Below, in pieces: positions 53,390 to 61,744 of a stretch of 64,000 bases of DNA. The position numbers and the translations under genes are program-made. Origin of the DNA: a virus (Duplodnaviria; Heunggongvirae; Uroviricota; Caudoviricetes). The number at the start of each line of letters is the position of its first letter. Within the stretch, counting starts at the first letter, position 1. The stretch lies in IMG/VR virus record IMGVR_UViG_3300028840_008153, positions 99,143-163,142 of that record. One strand, written 5' to 3'. Under the pieces are notes generated by a model that did not search any database, was not told where the DNA came from, and worked only from the letters and a program-made list of their open reading frames with translations.

Positions 53390-53599
53390 TCAGGCGGGCT
53401 GGACGTTCGTGGCCTTCGGTCCCTTCTGGCTGTCGGCCACTTCAAACTGCACCTTCTGGCCTTCCGTCAGCGTCTTGCGCCCCTGTCCCTGAACCTGAAT
53501 GTCCGAATAGTGGACGAACAGGTCCTTTCCTCCGTCATCCGGCTTGATGAAGCCGAACCCCTTCTGGTCATCGAACCACTTCACTTCGCCTGCTTCCAT
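53390..53599 (-). CDS. cspA: Cold-shock protein (CspA family)
   Basis: [35 protein letters not shown] (RNP1/RNP2 motifs) with GAGGGGAA RBS. The rest of track ORF 53390..53866 is the 5'UTR. Confidence 0.8.
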   Translation of the reverse strand: MEAGEVKWFDDQKGFGFIKPDDGGKDLFVHYSDIQVQGQGRKTLTEGQKVQFEVADSQKGPKATNVQPA

Positions 53600-53899
53600 C
53601 GTAGTTCCCCTCATATCTAAAAGTAAGCTGCCGCTGACCGGGCGCCGGAAAGGCGCCCGGTCAGGGCAAACGAAACGCGAATCGGCAAAAATGGCAGAGA
53701 TCGGCATTAGCGGTCTGAAGACTCCTATCGCGTTAGGCAGAGTCTCCCGATCCCGGGCTTTACCTCGGCTCATCACGAGCAGGCTACACACCTGCGCCGC
53801 TCCCCGAAGTCTCGTATTCAGACAGGAAACCACCCAGCGAGCCTCCCATCCTACGTGCATGGGCACCGGTTTTCGGGCCGGGCCCGTCCCTTCGTCGAT

Positions 53900-53924
53900 G
53901 ATGTAATCCCTGCCGCATCCGACC
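53900..53924 (-). promoter_or_regulatory. Copy of the dispersed promoter-like motif (GATGTAnTCCC-n5-GCATnCGGCC on plus; read on minus as GGCCGnATGC-n5-GGGAnTACATC)
   Basis: One of seven copies; sits about 300 nt upstream of the csp start. Confidence 0.3.
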
Positions 53925-53931
53925 CTCGCTG

Positions 53932-54123
53932 CTACCTGCTCGCGCGCCCGCGTACGCCTGCACGCGGCCCGCGCCCGAGGCCCCGGCCTTGACCGGTGCC
54001 TCTTCCCCGACCTGCTCCCCGGCCGCGTCCGCGTCCCGTGCCTGCCTTCTTATCGCAGGGTCCGAGATCACGTCCGGTCCGGGGCCCTTGGCCCAAGGGG
54101 CCAGTTCCATCACGGTTGGGCAT
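53932..54123 (-). CDS. Candidate Gly/Arg-rich (RGG-like) small protein (63 aa)
   Basis: Tandem GGAGG RBSs precede the ATG; [22 protein letters not shown]; lies downstream of a copy of the promoter-like motif. Confidence 0.35.
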   Translation of the reverse strand: MPNRDGTGPLGQGPRTGRDLGPCDKKAGTGRGRGRGAGRGRGTGQGRGLGRGPRAGVRGRASR

Positions 54124-54198
54124 GGCGCCCTCCTTTCTGCTCGCCTCCTTGGGTTACTCAGTGGCCGTCAAAAGAATTGCCGAGAGGTCACATTTTCA

Positions 54199-54225
54199 AG
54201 ATGTATTCCCAGCAGGCATACGGCC
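54199..54225 (-). promoter_or_regulatory. Copy of the dispersed promoter-like motif
   Basis: AGATGTATTCCCAGCAGGCATACGGCC; about 75 nt upstream (minus sense) of the RG-rich ORF RBS. Confidence 0.3.
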
Positions 54226-54299
54226 AAAGTGACGCTGTTGATAACGGTCAACATAAAGCCCCTCAAAGCCCCTCGGGGGTCTGGGCACACGTCGCATCC

Positions 54300-54527
54300 T
54301 TAACTCCATTCATCCGGGTTGTAGGTGACATGTCTCACCAACTCCCCACACTTGGGGCATTTCAGCACCAGAACGTGAGCCTTCCGAAAAAGTGCCGTGC
54401 CCAGTCCCTTCATGCTCACCAGAGTTTGCCCCGCTTTTTCCATCTGTTCATAAGGTGAGGGCAATGTCTGTTCGGCGACCGTCTCCCAACTGTGACGGCA
54501 CGCGAGCTTCAGCAGCCATCCCAGCAT
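54300..54527 (-). CDS. Small zinc-ribbon protein (75 aa)
   Basis: CPKCGEL. Confidence 0.35.
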   Translation of the reverse strand: MLGWLLKLACRHSWETVAEQTLPSPYEQMEKAGQTLVSMKGLGTALFRKAHVLVLKCPKCGELVRHVTYNPDEWS

Positions 54528-54604
54528 GGCGGTCTCCCTTCATCAGGCAAAAAGCGCCCAGTAGAACCACTTGATTGCGCCGATGAGCGCGCTCAAGAAG
54601 GGCA

Positions 54605-55087
54605 TCACACCTCCTTTCGTTCAGGCCCCAATTGGGGCTGCCCGACGGATTGCTGCGGCACCGCTGCCACAGCCGAAACCCCAAAAGCGACGCTCTGGCG
54701 GCTTTTCTCCTCGCACACCAGCCAGAGGAAGCAGTACACGCCCAGGTCACCCATGGTATCGCGCACGCTTTCGTTCACCGTCGCTCCGTGCTGCTTCAAA
54801 TGCCTCAAGCGCTTGATCTTGTCAGACATGCGAACCTCGATTGCGCTCAACGCGCCCATGCTCGGGTCCATGACCGGCGACTCGAACACGGACGAGCCGT
54901 AATCGAAGTTCTTGCGCAGCGCCGTGACCTTGGCCTTTTCGAACTGATGCCAGATCAGTCGCTGGTCCGGGCTCAGGCCCGCTGGCGCGGGCGCCGGGTT
55001 CAGGCCCCGAATCACGTCCTCCTCGGTAAGCGCAGGGCCCGTCGGCCCTGACGGTCCCGTTGGTCCGTCTATACCTGTCATCGACAT
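54605..55087 (-). CDS. Hypothetical protein (160 aa) with a short collagen-like N-terminus
   Basis: TGIDGPTGPSGPTGP. Confidence 0.4.
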   Translation of the reverse strand: MSMTGIDGPTGPSGPTGPALTEEDVIRGLNPAPAPAGLSPDQRLIWHQFEKAKVTALRKNFDYGSSVFESPVMDPSMGALSAIEVRMSDKIKRLRHLKQHGATVNESVRDTMGDLGVYCFLWLVCEEKSRQSVAFGVSAVAAVPQQSVGQPQLGPERKEV

Positions 55088-55089
55088 CG

Positions 55090-55896
55090 CTACATCTCCA
55101 GATGGAAGACCCCGAACGGTCTCGGAAGCGGAATGCTCTGCTTCTCCTTGCCGCTCATATCGGTAACCACCACGCCCTTCTCGTGCGTGATGATGTACCC
55201 GCCCTCGATCTGACGAATCCGCTTCACGAATTCGTACGGTAGCACGACCTCTTCGTTGACGACGAGGCCGGCCTTGGCGCCGTACACCTTCTTCTCGACA
55301 CGATCATCCCACTGGATGTCGTGCGGAAACTCGTATTTGACGGGCTCTCCCCAGCTCACATGGTCCGTGAAGGGCTTGAGCATGGGCGAGATACCCAACT
55401 TCATAAACGTCGGATGGAGTCGGCCCCATGGGCCCTTGTGGATGGAGTTGAAGCCGCCCAGCCGTTCCTCTGGCAGCGTGCGGCTCAACTGGTGGTTCAG
55501 CCAATCCGGCTCCCTCATGCGCGGCCGGAAGTTCTCTGGCTTGTCGTGGTGATCGACCAGCCACCAGTCCCACTTGATGTTTCCGTCAAGGTCCATGATG
55601 TAGACCACGTCGAGGCCGCCGGAGCCCGCCAGGATGTCCCCCTTGTACTCGCCGACCCAGTGCGCCGCATACACGTACGGCGAATAGATCTGCCGCTCCA
55701 AGGTCTTGCCGTCCAGGCTCCAGACCTGGTGGTCGCTGCGGCGGGTCAGAATGAGCTTGTCTTGGAATTCGCCCACGATGTGGACGAACCGAACCGGCGT
55801 TTTGGGCGAGTGGTCCGGGATCGTGCGTACGATCTTGCCGTTCTCGATTAGAGCTGCTTGACAGAGCGGCTCCTGGAAGGCCGTCCAAAACCTCAT
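55090..55896 (-). CDS. Hypothetical beta-rich protein (268 aa)
   Basis: ORF. Confidence 0.45.
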   Translation of the reverse strand: MRFWTAFQEPLCQAALIENGKIVRTIPDHSPKTPVRFVHIVGEFQDKLILTRRSDHQVWSLDGKTLERQIYSPYVYAAHWVGEYKGDILAGSGGLDVVYIMDLDGNIKWDWWLVDHHDKPENFRPRMREPDWLNHQLSRTLPEERLGGFNSIHKGPWGRLHPTFMKLGISPMLKPFTDHVSWGEPVKYEFPHDIQWDDRVEKKVYGAKAGLVVNEEVVLPYEFVKRIRQIEGGYIITHEKGVVVTDMSGKEKQSIPLPRPFGVFHLEM

Positions 55897-55994
55897 GTTG
55901 ACTCCTTAGAAGGTGGGGCGGCGGCGACTCTGGCGCTTTCTCTCAGGTCCATGGCCCAGTCGAGATGCGGCAATGCACACAACCGGCGCCCCAC

Positions 55995-56618
55995 CTATTT
56001 TCTTCCAATCGCTGCGAAGGAGGAGCACACGTCCACCTCCCTCTCCATGTACTCAACCTTGAAGCCGGCCATGAGCATGAGTCGGCCGAGCGTATCCGGT
56101 GTGGGCTGCCACAAATGCTCGTGGCGAACCCCCTCAAAGAGGTGCGGGTCCCACTTCGCATGGCCGGGAGCGGGCAAGTAGATAAACGTCACACCACCCG
56201 GCTTCAAGACCCGATAGAACTCCTCAAGCGCCTTCTCCGGGTCGTCCGCGTGCTCCAGGCAATGGCTGGAAAACACGTAATCCATCGACTCGTCTTCGTA
56301 TTTCGACAGGTCCGTCGCAGACCCGGAATCGGGCAGGCGGATGTCGACGGGGATAGCGCCAGGAAAAGGAAGGAACTCCGTACCATCGCAGGTCACGCCG
56401 CAAGGTCCCACGTCCAGGCCCTTGCCTTTGCAGAACTTCCGTGCGAGGCGGTAGATCCAGCGCATGCCGCTGCCCTTCATTGCTCTGTACGCCTCGGGGA
56501 ACAGCTCGTCACCAGGTTTCAGTCGAACGCGGTGCGTTATGTTCTTGATTTTCCCGTGAACGAAATCCTTCACGCGTCCTTCCTCTCTCGCACGTGCTGA
56601 TGGCCTCTCTTCAACCAT
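55995..56618 (-). CDS. Class I SAM-dependent methyltransferase
   Basis: GLDVGPCGVTCDG (motif I), DYVFSSHCLEH, LKPGG. Confidence 0.6.
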   Translation of the reverse strand: MVEERPSARAREEGRVKDFVHGKIKNITHRVRLKPGDELFPEAYRAMKGSGMRWIYRLARKFCKGKGLDVGPCGVTCDGTEFLPFPGAIPVDIRLPDSGSATDLSKYEDESMDYVFSSHCLEHADDPEKALEEFYRVLKPGGVTFIYLPAPGHAKWDPHLFEGVRHEHLWQPTPDTLGRLMLMAGFKVEYMEREVDVCSSFAAIGRK

Positions 56619-57475
56619 AACTGCAGGCTCTCGTACGGTGTCGCATACGGCGCCATGAGATGAAACCCGGACGTGGACGATACGTGCTCCGGGTCGGCGT
56701 AGGAATCAAACAGCCCGCTTACGCGCTCCCAGTTAGGAAGGTTCCCCCAGAACCACATCATGCACGGCGTGTCGAGCACGTCGGCCAGAATGCCCAGCCC
56801 GCTAGGGAACGCGAAGAAGTAATCAAGCCGCTGGATGACCCGAAACGTGAATCCGATTGGCTGATCAAGGAAGGCCACGGGGTCCTCGCCCATGGCCTGA
56901 AGGGCCGTATAGACCTCCTGCGTGCGATCGTCGTAGGGCGCCCCGATAATCACGAAGCGCGCGGTAGGCAGGTGCATCCTGACGCCCATGAGAAACTGGA
57001 CCCACTCCTTGACCTTCCAGAAGAGAATGTCCTCACGATGCTGGTAGGAGGAGCAGTAGACGCCAACCATCTGGCGCTCGTCACCGAGAATGGTCTTGAT
57101 GCGAGAGCCTGAAGAAAGCGTGGGCATGGACGGACCGTAATGATAGTCCGTGGGCTGATCCGGGTAGGCTTCGGACAAAGGCTTGCCAGACTCCAAATGC
57201 GTGTTGAGTGACAACACGTAGCGGCCGGAGTCCAGCTCGCTGAGTTTCGTGTCGGAGGGCAGCACTTCCTCGAAAGCCTTCCAGTACGGAAGGTCTTCCT
57301 CATAGCCCAAGTTTTCGATGTGGGGCAACAAGTCAACGAAGGGCTTGCTGCGATGCGGAAGATCATTGCAGATGGAGAAAGCCACGGGACGCTGCTTCGC
57401 CAGGGCCTTCACCTTGGAGTAGACCCAGGAGATGTCGCCGATCCCGGGCGGCACTACGAAATGAAGATCACGCAT
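56570..57475 (-). CDS. Glycosyltransferase family 9-like (heptosyltransferase-like)
   Basis: PPGIGDISW N-terminal motif and FPSGLGILADVLDTPCMMWF C-terminal region. Confidence 0.5.
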   Translation of the reverse strand: MRDLHFVVPPGIGDISWVYSKVKALAKQRPVAFSICNDLPHRSKPFVDLLPHIENLGYEEDLPYWKAFEEVLPSDTKLSELDSGRYVLSLNTHLESGKPLSEAYPDQPTDYHYGPSMPTLSSGSRIKTILGDERQMVGVYCSSYQHREDILFWKVKEWVQFLMGVRMHLPTARFVIIGAPYDDRTQEVYTALQAMGEDPVAFLDQPIGFTFRVIQRLDYFFAFPSGLGILADVLDTPCMMWFWGNLPNWERVSGLFDSYADPEHVSSTSGFHLMAPYATPYESLQLWLKRGHQHVRERKDA

Positions 57476-57939
57476 GGAGGCCCTCGGAAAGTTTGATCGT
57501 CAAAGAGTGGAGAGAAACGTGGTTTCTTCATTCATGGAGAAGATGTATTCCCTCCGGGCATACGATCAATACGCTGGCCGTCAAAAGGTAAGGAGAAACG
57601 GTTTCTTTTCCGAAAAAAGATGTATTCCCCTTGGGCATACGGCAATGTTGGTGAGCCGGCAAAAGATTGCTGAGACACATTTTGTCGGATGTAGTCCCGT
57701 AGCGGCATCCGGCTCGATCTCAAAGCGGGCCATCAAAAGACAGAGAGACTATTTTTACCGCTCCCGGAGCCTCCCGTCTAATGGGAGGAGGTGGAGTCGA
57801 ACCACCCGGTTCTTTTTATCAGAAAGATGTAATCCCTCCAGGCATATGGCCCTTTTTCAGGTTTGGTGGCCGGCAAAAGAACGCTGAGACGGGACATTTT
57901 GCAGATGTAGTCCCAGCAGGCATCCGGCCGATTTCAGTT
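57476..57939 (-). ncRNA. Repeat-rich non-coding region next to rsr; candidate Y-RNA-like (YrlA-type) RNA gene(s)
   Basis: No credible ORF. Five copies of an about 27-nt motif. Two 62-nt imperfect-palindrome hairpin elements (57651..57717 and 57866..57930). A tRNA-like T-arm plus acceptor fragment (GGTGG-TTCGACT-CCACC, 57745..57815). Immediately downstream of a Ro60 gene and a tRNA. Confidence 0.35.
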
Positions 57940-58016
57940 TGGTAGCGGGGGCAGGACTTGAACCTGCGACCTCCGGGTTATGAGCCCGACGAGCTGCCTA
58001 ACTGCTCCACCCCGCA
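57940..58016 (-). tRNA. tRNA-Met (anticodon CAT), initiator-type
   Basis: Minus-strand sequence TGCGGGGTGGAGCAGTTAGGCAGCTCGTCGGGCTCATAACCCGGAGGTCGCAGGTTCAAGTCCTGCCCCCGCTACCA. It has three G-C pairs at the base of the anticodon stem, an A11:U24 pair and an unpaired 1:72 position (U·U), with CCA encoded. About 85% identical to E. coli tRNA-fMet. Confidence 0.85.
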
Positions 58017-58058
58017 CCAATGGCGGACCGGCGATTATAGCGCCGGCCCGCCGTTTCT

Positions 58059-59783
58059 TCAAACCTCCACCGCCTCGATTTCGCCAACCCACTTCGCCGG
58101 GCTCAACCCATCCTTGGCGAACATGGAAACGACGTCGAACACGGTGTCCGAGAACCCGCCGACCTGCAGGATGCTGGGATCGCCAGCGCCCTTCACCTGC
58201 GTGGTCGAGTACGGCGTGATGTCGAGACACACCAGCTTCGCCTGCTTGTTGTGGCGTTTGAACCTCTGCCACGCCTTCTGAAGCTCGGTGCCGCGCCGGC
58301 CGCCATACGGGTGGGTACTGTCAATCCAGCTCTCGTAGTCCGAGACCAGGATCACGGTGTCCGCCGGGATGTTGTTGTCGTTGAGGTGATTCACCGTCAA
58401 CGAACAGTTCGTCCCGCCCGAAGGCAGCTCCGACAGGATGCGGGCGTTTGTCATGACCGTATCCCGTGGGTTGAGCCTTGGGTACTCGGACATGGTCGTC
58501 TGGTTGCCAAAGTAGTAGGCGCGCTGCTGCACGCGCCGACCGGGGAGCGCAAGATGATCACTGAACGGGATCACCTGGGCTTCCGGGTTCTTGCGCAAGA
58601 TCGCCGCCGCCATCAACGCCGCCACGTGGACACAGCTCGTCTTCGTGGAGTGGCCTCTCGGCCCCCGGCTCTGAGTGACCGGGCTGTGCATGCTCCCTGA
58701 GATATCAGGGAACACGAACACTCGGCCCTCGATTGCCGGCACGTTCTCGATGGCGACTTCCATCGCCTGTTCAAGCGCGGCCTGAACGGACTGCGGGATC
58801 TCCGGGTTGAGGTTCAGGTAGGCGGTCAGCAACTGGTACGGAAACTGACGGGCCTTCGTGATCTCTTCCCGGTTCTGCAGCCGATTCTCGACCTTCTGGC
58901 GCAGCTCCGCGTTTCCCAACACCCCGTACTTCAGGAAGTTGTTGAGGTTCATGCGCGTGAACTGCCACCTGCCGTTCCGGGCCAGGATCTTCCATTCGGC
59001 CTCGCCGATGCCGACGCCGTCGAGCATCTGGAAGGGCACATCGGGGATCGTCACGTCCTTCACGCCCGCCTTGTGCGCGGTCTTCCAGTTCTCGTATTCC
59101 TTCACCATCTCCGGCAGCTTGTCCGGCTCGTACCGGCGCGTGACCTTCTTGCCCGTAGCGGCAGGCTCCACGCGCTCCTTCCAACCGTCTGGGCCGACCG
59201 GGTCGAAACCCAACAGGTAGCCAAACAGCGCCTCCTTCTGAGGCGTGTTTGGGCTTGGGTGGGCAAGCCGGATCACATCCACGAGAGACGGATCGTTGCC
59301 GACCGAGCCCCGGAAGATGGTCTCCGGGCGGGTGCGATCGAACCAGCGCTGGATCGAGCGCCGCTGCGAAGAAGCCAGCGACTTGCGCCCGAAGACGCCC
59401 GAGCGGACGAACTGCGCGAAGTTGCGCAGCATCTTCGCGTTGTCGATCACCCGATCGAACACCTTGTCGGCCAGGTCACGAGGAGCCTTGCCCAGCGAGA
59501 GGCTCGCCGCCAGGAAGGCCGGCATGTCCTTCATGAGCCCCTTCTCACGGGCGTAGATGGCCAGCTTGGCGATGAACATGTCGTCGACATGCGCGAGCGT
59601 CGACTTGACCGTGTCCAGTTGCCCCTTGGCGGAGACGTAATACGTGTCACCGAAGCATCCGGTGACCGCGTACTGCGCCAAAAGCTCCTTGGGGCCCCGG
59701 CTGTACGCCCGGCCTCCGGCCTCGTTGACGGCATCCGTTTCCGGTGCCTGAGTGTGCGTGCTGAAAAGGCTTTTGTTAGCCAT
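58059..59783 (-). CDS. rsr: Ro60/Rsr orthologue (TROVE plus VWA domains)
   Basis: N-terminal TROVE (…GGRAYSRGPKELLAQYAVTGCFGDTYY…) and C-terminal VWA with the MIDAS motif VFVFPDISGSMHSP; GGGGAGGG RBS. Confidence 0.8.
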   Translation of the reverse strand: MANKSLFSTHTQAPETDAVNEAGGRAYSRGPKELLAQYAVTGCFGDTYYVSAKGQLDTVKSTLAHVDDMFIAKLAIYAREKGLMKDMPAFLAASLSLGKAPRDLADKVFDRVIDNAKMLRNFAQFVRSGVFGRKSLASSQRRSIQRWFDRTRPETIFRGSVGNDPSLVDVIRLAHPSPNTPQKEALFGYLLGFDPVGPDGWKERVEPAATGKKVTRRYEPDKLPEMVKEYENWKTAHKAGVKDVTIPDVPFQMLDGVGIGEAEWKILARNGRWQFTRMNLNNFLKYGVLGNAELRQKVENRLQNREEITKARQFPYQLLTAYLNLNPEIPQSVQAALEQAMEVAIENVPAIEGRVFVFPDISGSMHSPVTQSRGPRGHSTKTSCVHVAALMAAAILRKNPEAQVIPFSDHLALPGRRVQQRAYYFGNQTTMSEYPRLNPRDTVMTNARILSELPSGGTNCSLTVNHLNDNNIPADTVILVSDYESWIDSTHPYGGRRGTELQKAWQRFKRHNKQAKLVCLDITPYSTTQVKGAGDPSILQVGGFSDTVFDVVSMFAKDGLSPAKWVGEIEAVEV

Positions 59784-59875
59784 GGAAAGACCCTCCCCTG
59801 CTCCGTCAAATGGTTACGGACCAGCCCACCAGTCGGACTGGTAAAGTTACTCCGAATCTTCAGGAAAAGCAAAAG

Positions 59876-60118
59876 TCACGGAGTGGTTTTCGTGGTGGTT
59901 GCTTGGCGCCGAAACCGGGTGGGGCCATGCGTGGATTTGCATTTGGGGCACTTGCCGATCAGGTATTTCTGCGCCGGTCGCTTACCCGGGTCGACAATCG
60001 GGAGGTTGCATTTGCGGCAGTGAACGACCTTCTTCACCTGACACCGTCCTTCTTCATCCAAACCTCCATTGTGCGTGGAACACCACCAGAGCGCGTAGTT
60101 GATTTGACAATGGCTCAA
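59876..60118 (-). CDS. Zinc-ribbon protein (about 79 aa, TTG start)
   Basis: TTG preceded by GGGAGAA; SHCQINYALWWCSTHNGG...HCRKCN...CPKCKSTHG. The N-terminal part of the track ORF overlaps the upstream gene. Confidence 0.3.
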   Translation of the reverse strand: MSHCQINYALWWCSTHNGGLDEEGRCQVKKVVHCRKCNLPIVDPGKRPAQKYLIGKCPKCKSTHGPTRFRRQATTTKTTP

Positions 60119-60516
60119 ATGGTTCTCCCATACATCGTCATGTTGGCCTCGGCCCACATGGCCGAGTGGTCCTCGTAGATTTCCTGGTCTTCTCGCCAAA
60201 GCCTCCAAGCCGTGATCGTGTCCTTGATGAAATCAAGGTTCTCGATCAGATCCTCGGAGCCAAACCCGTCCTCCTGCAAAATGCGGGAGTACAGCCGCTC
60301 GTAGTAATCCACGAACCGAAAGGCGATCTTCGAGCGCAGCGCGTCGTTCTCGATGGGAACGCTCAAATCAACCCACCCCCAGTGGTCCGATGCCCAAATC
60401 TTTGACCCACGATCGGGGTCGGTGTGGAGCCAGTCCACTTCCGGGTCAAGTGGAATCGGCGGTGTTAGCGACAGGGTCTTTGGCATCTTCCGTGCTCTCT
60501 TCCTCTTCTTCGTCAA
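60115..60516 (-). CDS. Hypothetical protein (133 aa)
   Basis: ORF. Confidence 0.4.
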   Translation of the reverse strand: MTKKRKRARKMPKTLSLTPPIPLDPEVDWLHTDPDRGSKIWASDHWGWVDLSVPIENDALRSKIAFRFVDYYERLYSRILQEDGFGSEDLIENLDFIKDTITAWRLWREDQEIYEDHSAMWAEANMTMYGRTI

Positions 60517-61129
60517 CCAGCTTTTCGGCCTGCTCGTCGTACCACTCGCGCACCGTGCTAACGAGATCCTCCCATTCAGTCAGATAGATGTCCAGACTTT
60601 TGAGAGGCTCCTCCTCGCCCAGCCAGTGCACGCAATCGTCCTTCTCGTACACGCAGGACGGTGCGAAAGCCGGGTGGTGCGTAGCCAGAATGACCTGAAT
60701 GCCTTTGCTCGTGAGGTAGCTGAATGCGCCGGCCGCTTCGCCGGCCATGGCCACATCGAGCCCCGCTTCGGGCTCGTCTATCATCAGCGTGTCGCCGGGC
60801 GTGACGGCCAGCGCCTTGAGGCTGGCCTGAAAGAGCAAGCTGTTTGCTTCCCCGTGAGACAAGCTCTTCAGCCGCGTTATCGCCTCCGACCGGCTTTCGA
60901 CCGACCGGATGTCCCATCTCGTGGAGTAGTGAAAGATCTTGCCCGGACTCGGGGCCGCCGTCTTCACCACCGTACAGTCCTTGCAGGACTTGATGGCTTC
61001 CAACAGCAGCGTTTTGCCCGACCCAACGTCGCCAAGGACGACGTTGAGGCCGGGCGTGAAGTCTATCGTTTTCCAGGGATATCGAATGAGCTTGTTGTGT
61101 GTTCCGCAGAACTCAACACGATCGATCAT
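60446..61129 (-). CDS. AAA/ABC-type ATPase
   Basis: Walker A GDVGSGKT; Walker B LMIDEPEAGLD. Confidence 0.55.
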   Translation of the reverse strand: MIDRVEFCGTHNKLIRYPWKTIDFTPGLNVVLGDVGSGKTLLLEAIKSCKDCTVVKTAAPSPGKIFHYSTRWDIRSVESRSEAITRLKSLSHGEANSLLFQASLKALAVTPGDTLMIDEPEAGLDVAMAGEAAGAFSYLTSKGIQVILATHHPAFAPSCVYEKDDCVHWLGEEEPLKSLDIYLTEWEDLVSTVREWYDEQAEKLVDEEEEESTEDAKDPVANTADST

Positions 61130-61509
61130 GCTTCCTCGAATTCTTCTCCTTCCGAGAGGTCCTTAACTCCCTCCGGTATTTCCACCACAGCACCCTCAAG
61201 GTCCTTCGCCAGGTCCTCAATCTGCCTGCGTGTGGTTGTGAATTGATACTGCCGCTGGTAGCGCCCAATGCATCCGGTGATTTCGTAGACCTGGATATCG
61301 ACGCTCATGAACATCGGGCACGATTCGATGGTCTCGGCGAAGATCCGGTATTTGGGCACAACGCGAGCCTCGACTTCGGAACCCATTCCGAACTCTCCCA
61401 ATCCGCACCGACGCCAACGCCCCGAGGGCACCGCCGGCTGTTCCAAAAATCGGCGAATCCTGTTCATCTGCACATTGCCGCGCGCAATATCTAAAAGCAA
61501 GGTGCGCAC
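61126..61509 (-). CDS. Hypothetical protein (127 aa)
   Basis: ATGA overlap with the ATPase gene. Confidence 0.4.
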   Translation of the reverse strand: MRTLLLDIARGNVQMNRIRRFLEQPAVPSGRWRRCGLGEFGMGSEVEARVVPKYRIFAETIESCPMFMSVDIQVYEITGCIGRYQRQYQFTTTRRQIEDLAKDLEGAVVEIPEGVKDLSEGEEFEEA

Positions 61510-61744
61510 GGACGACTCCTAAAAGTGCCCGTCCGAGCGGTTGCCGCCGCCCGGACGGGCCGATCGGAGGATCGAGATGAAGGATCACTGCCAGGAGGAC
61601 AGCTCCCTCTGCGGTTGTTACTAGGGCAAAATGAAACCAGGTGCGAGTCGACGAACCTGGCGAGACCAACCCTGCAATAGGCGACCGACCGCAGCGCGTT
61701 GCATCTGGCCTCTCACAGAATTCTAAATGTTCCGAGGCAGGAAA

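Noticed and set aside
57745-57815. Second tRNA gene
   Set aside because: Only a T-arm and a 3' acceptor-like strand are present. It has no D-arm or anticodon arm. I interpret it as a tRNA-like module of a structured RNA (Y-RNA-like) or a tRNA fragment.
57474-57887. 137-aa plus-strand ORF spanning the repeat region
   Set aside because: It runs through tandem repeats and hairpins, has no RBS and a basic low-complexity composition. The region is better explained as non-coding.
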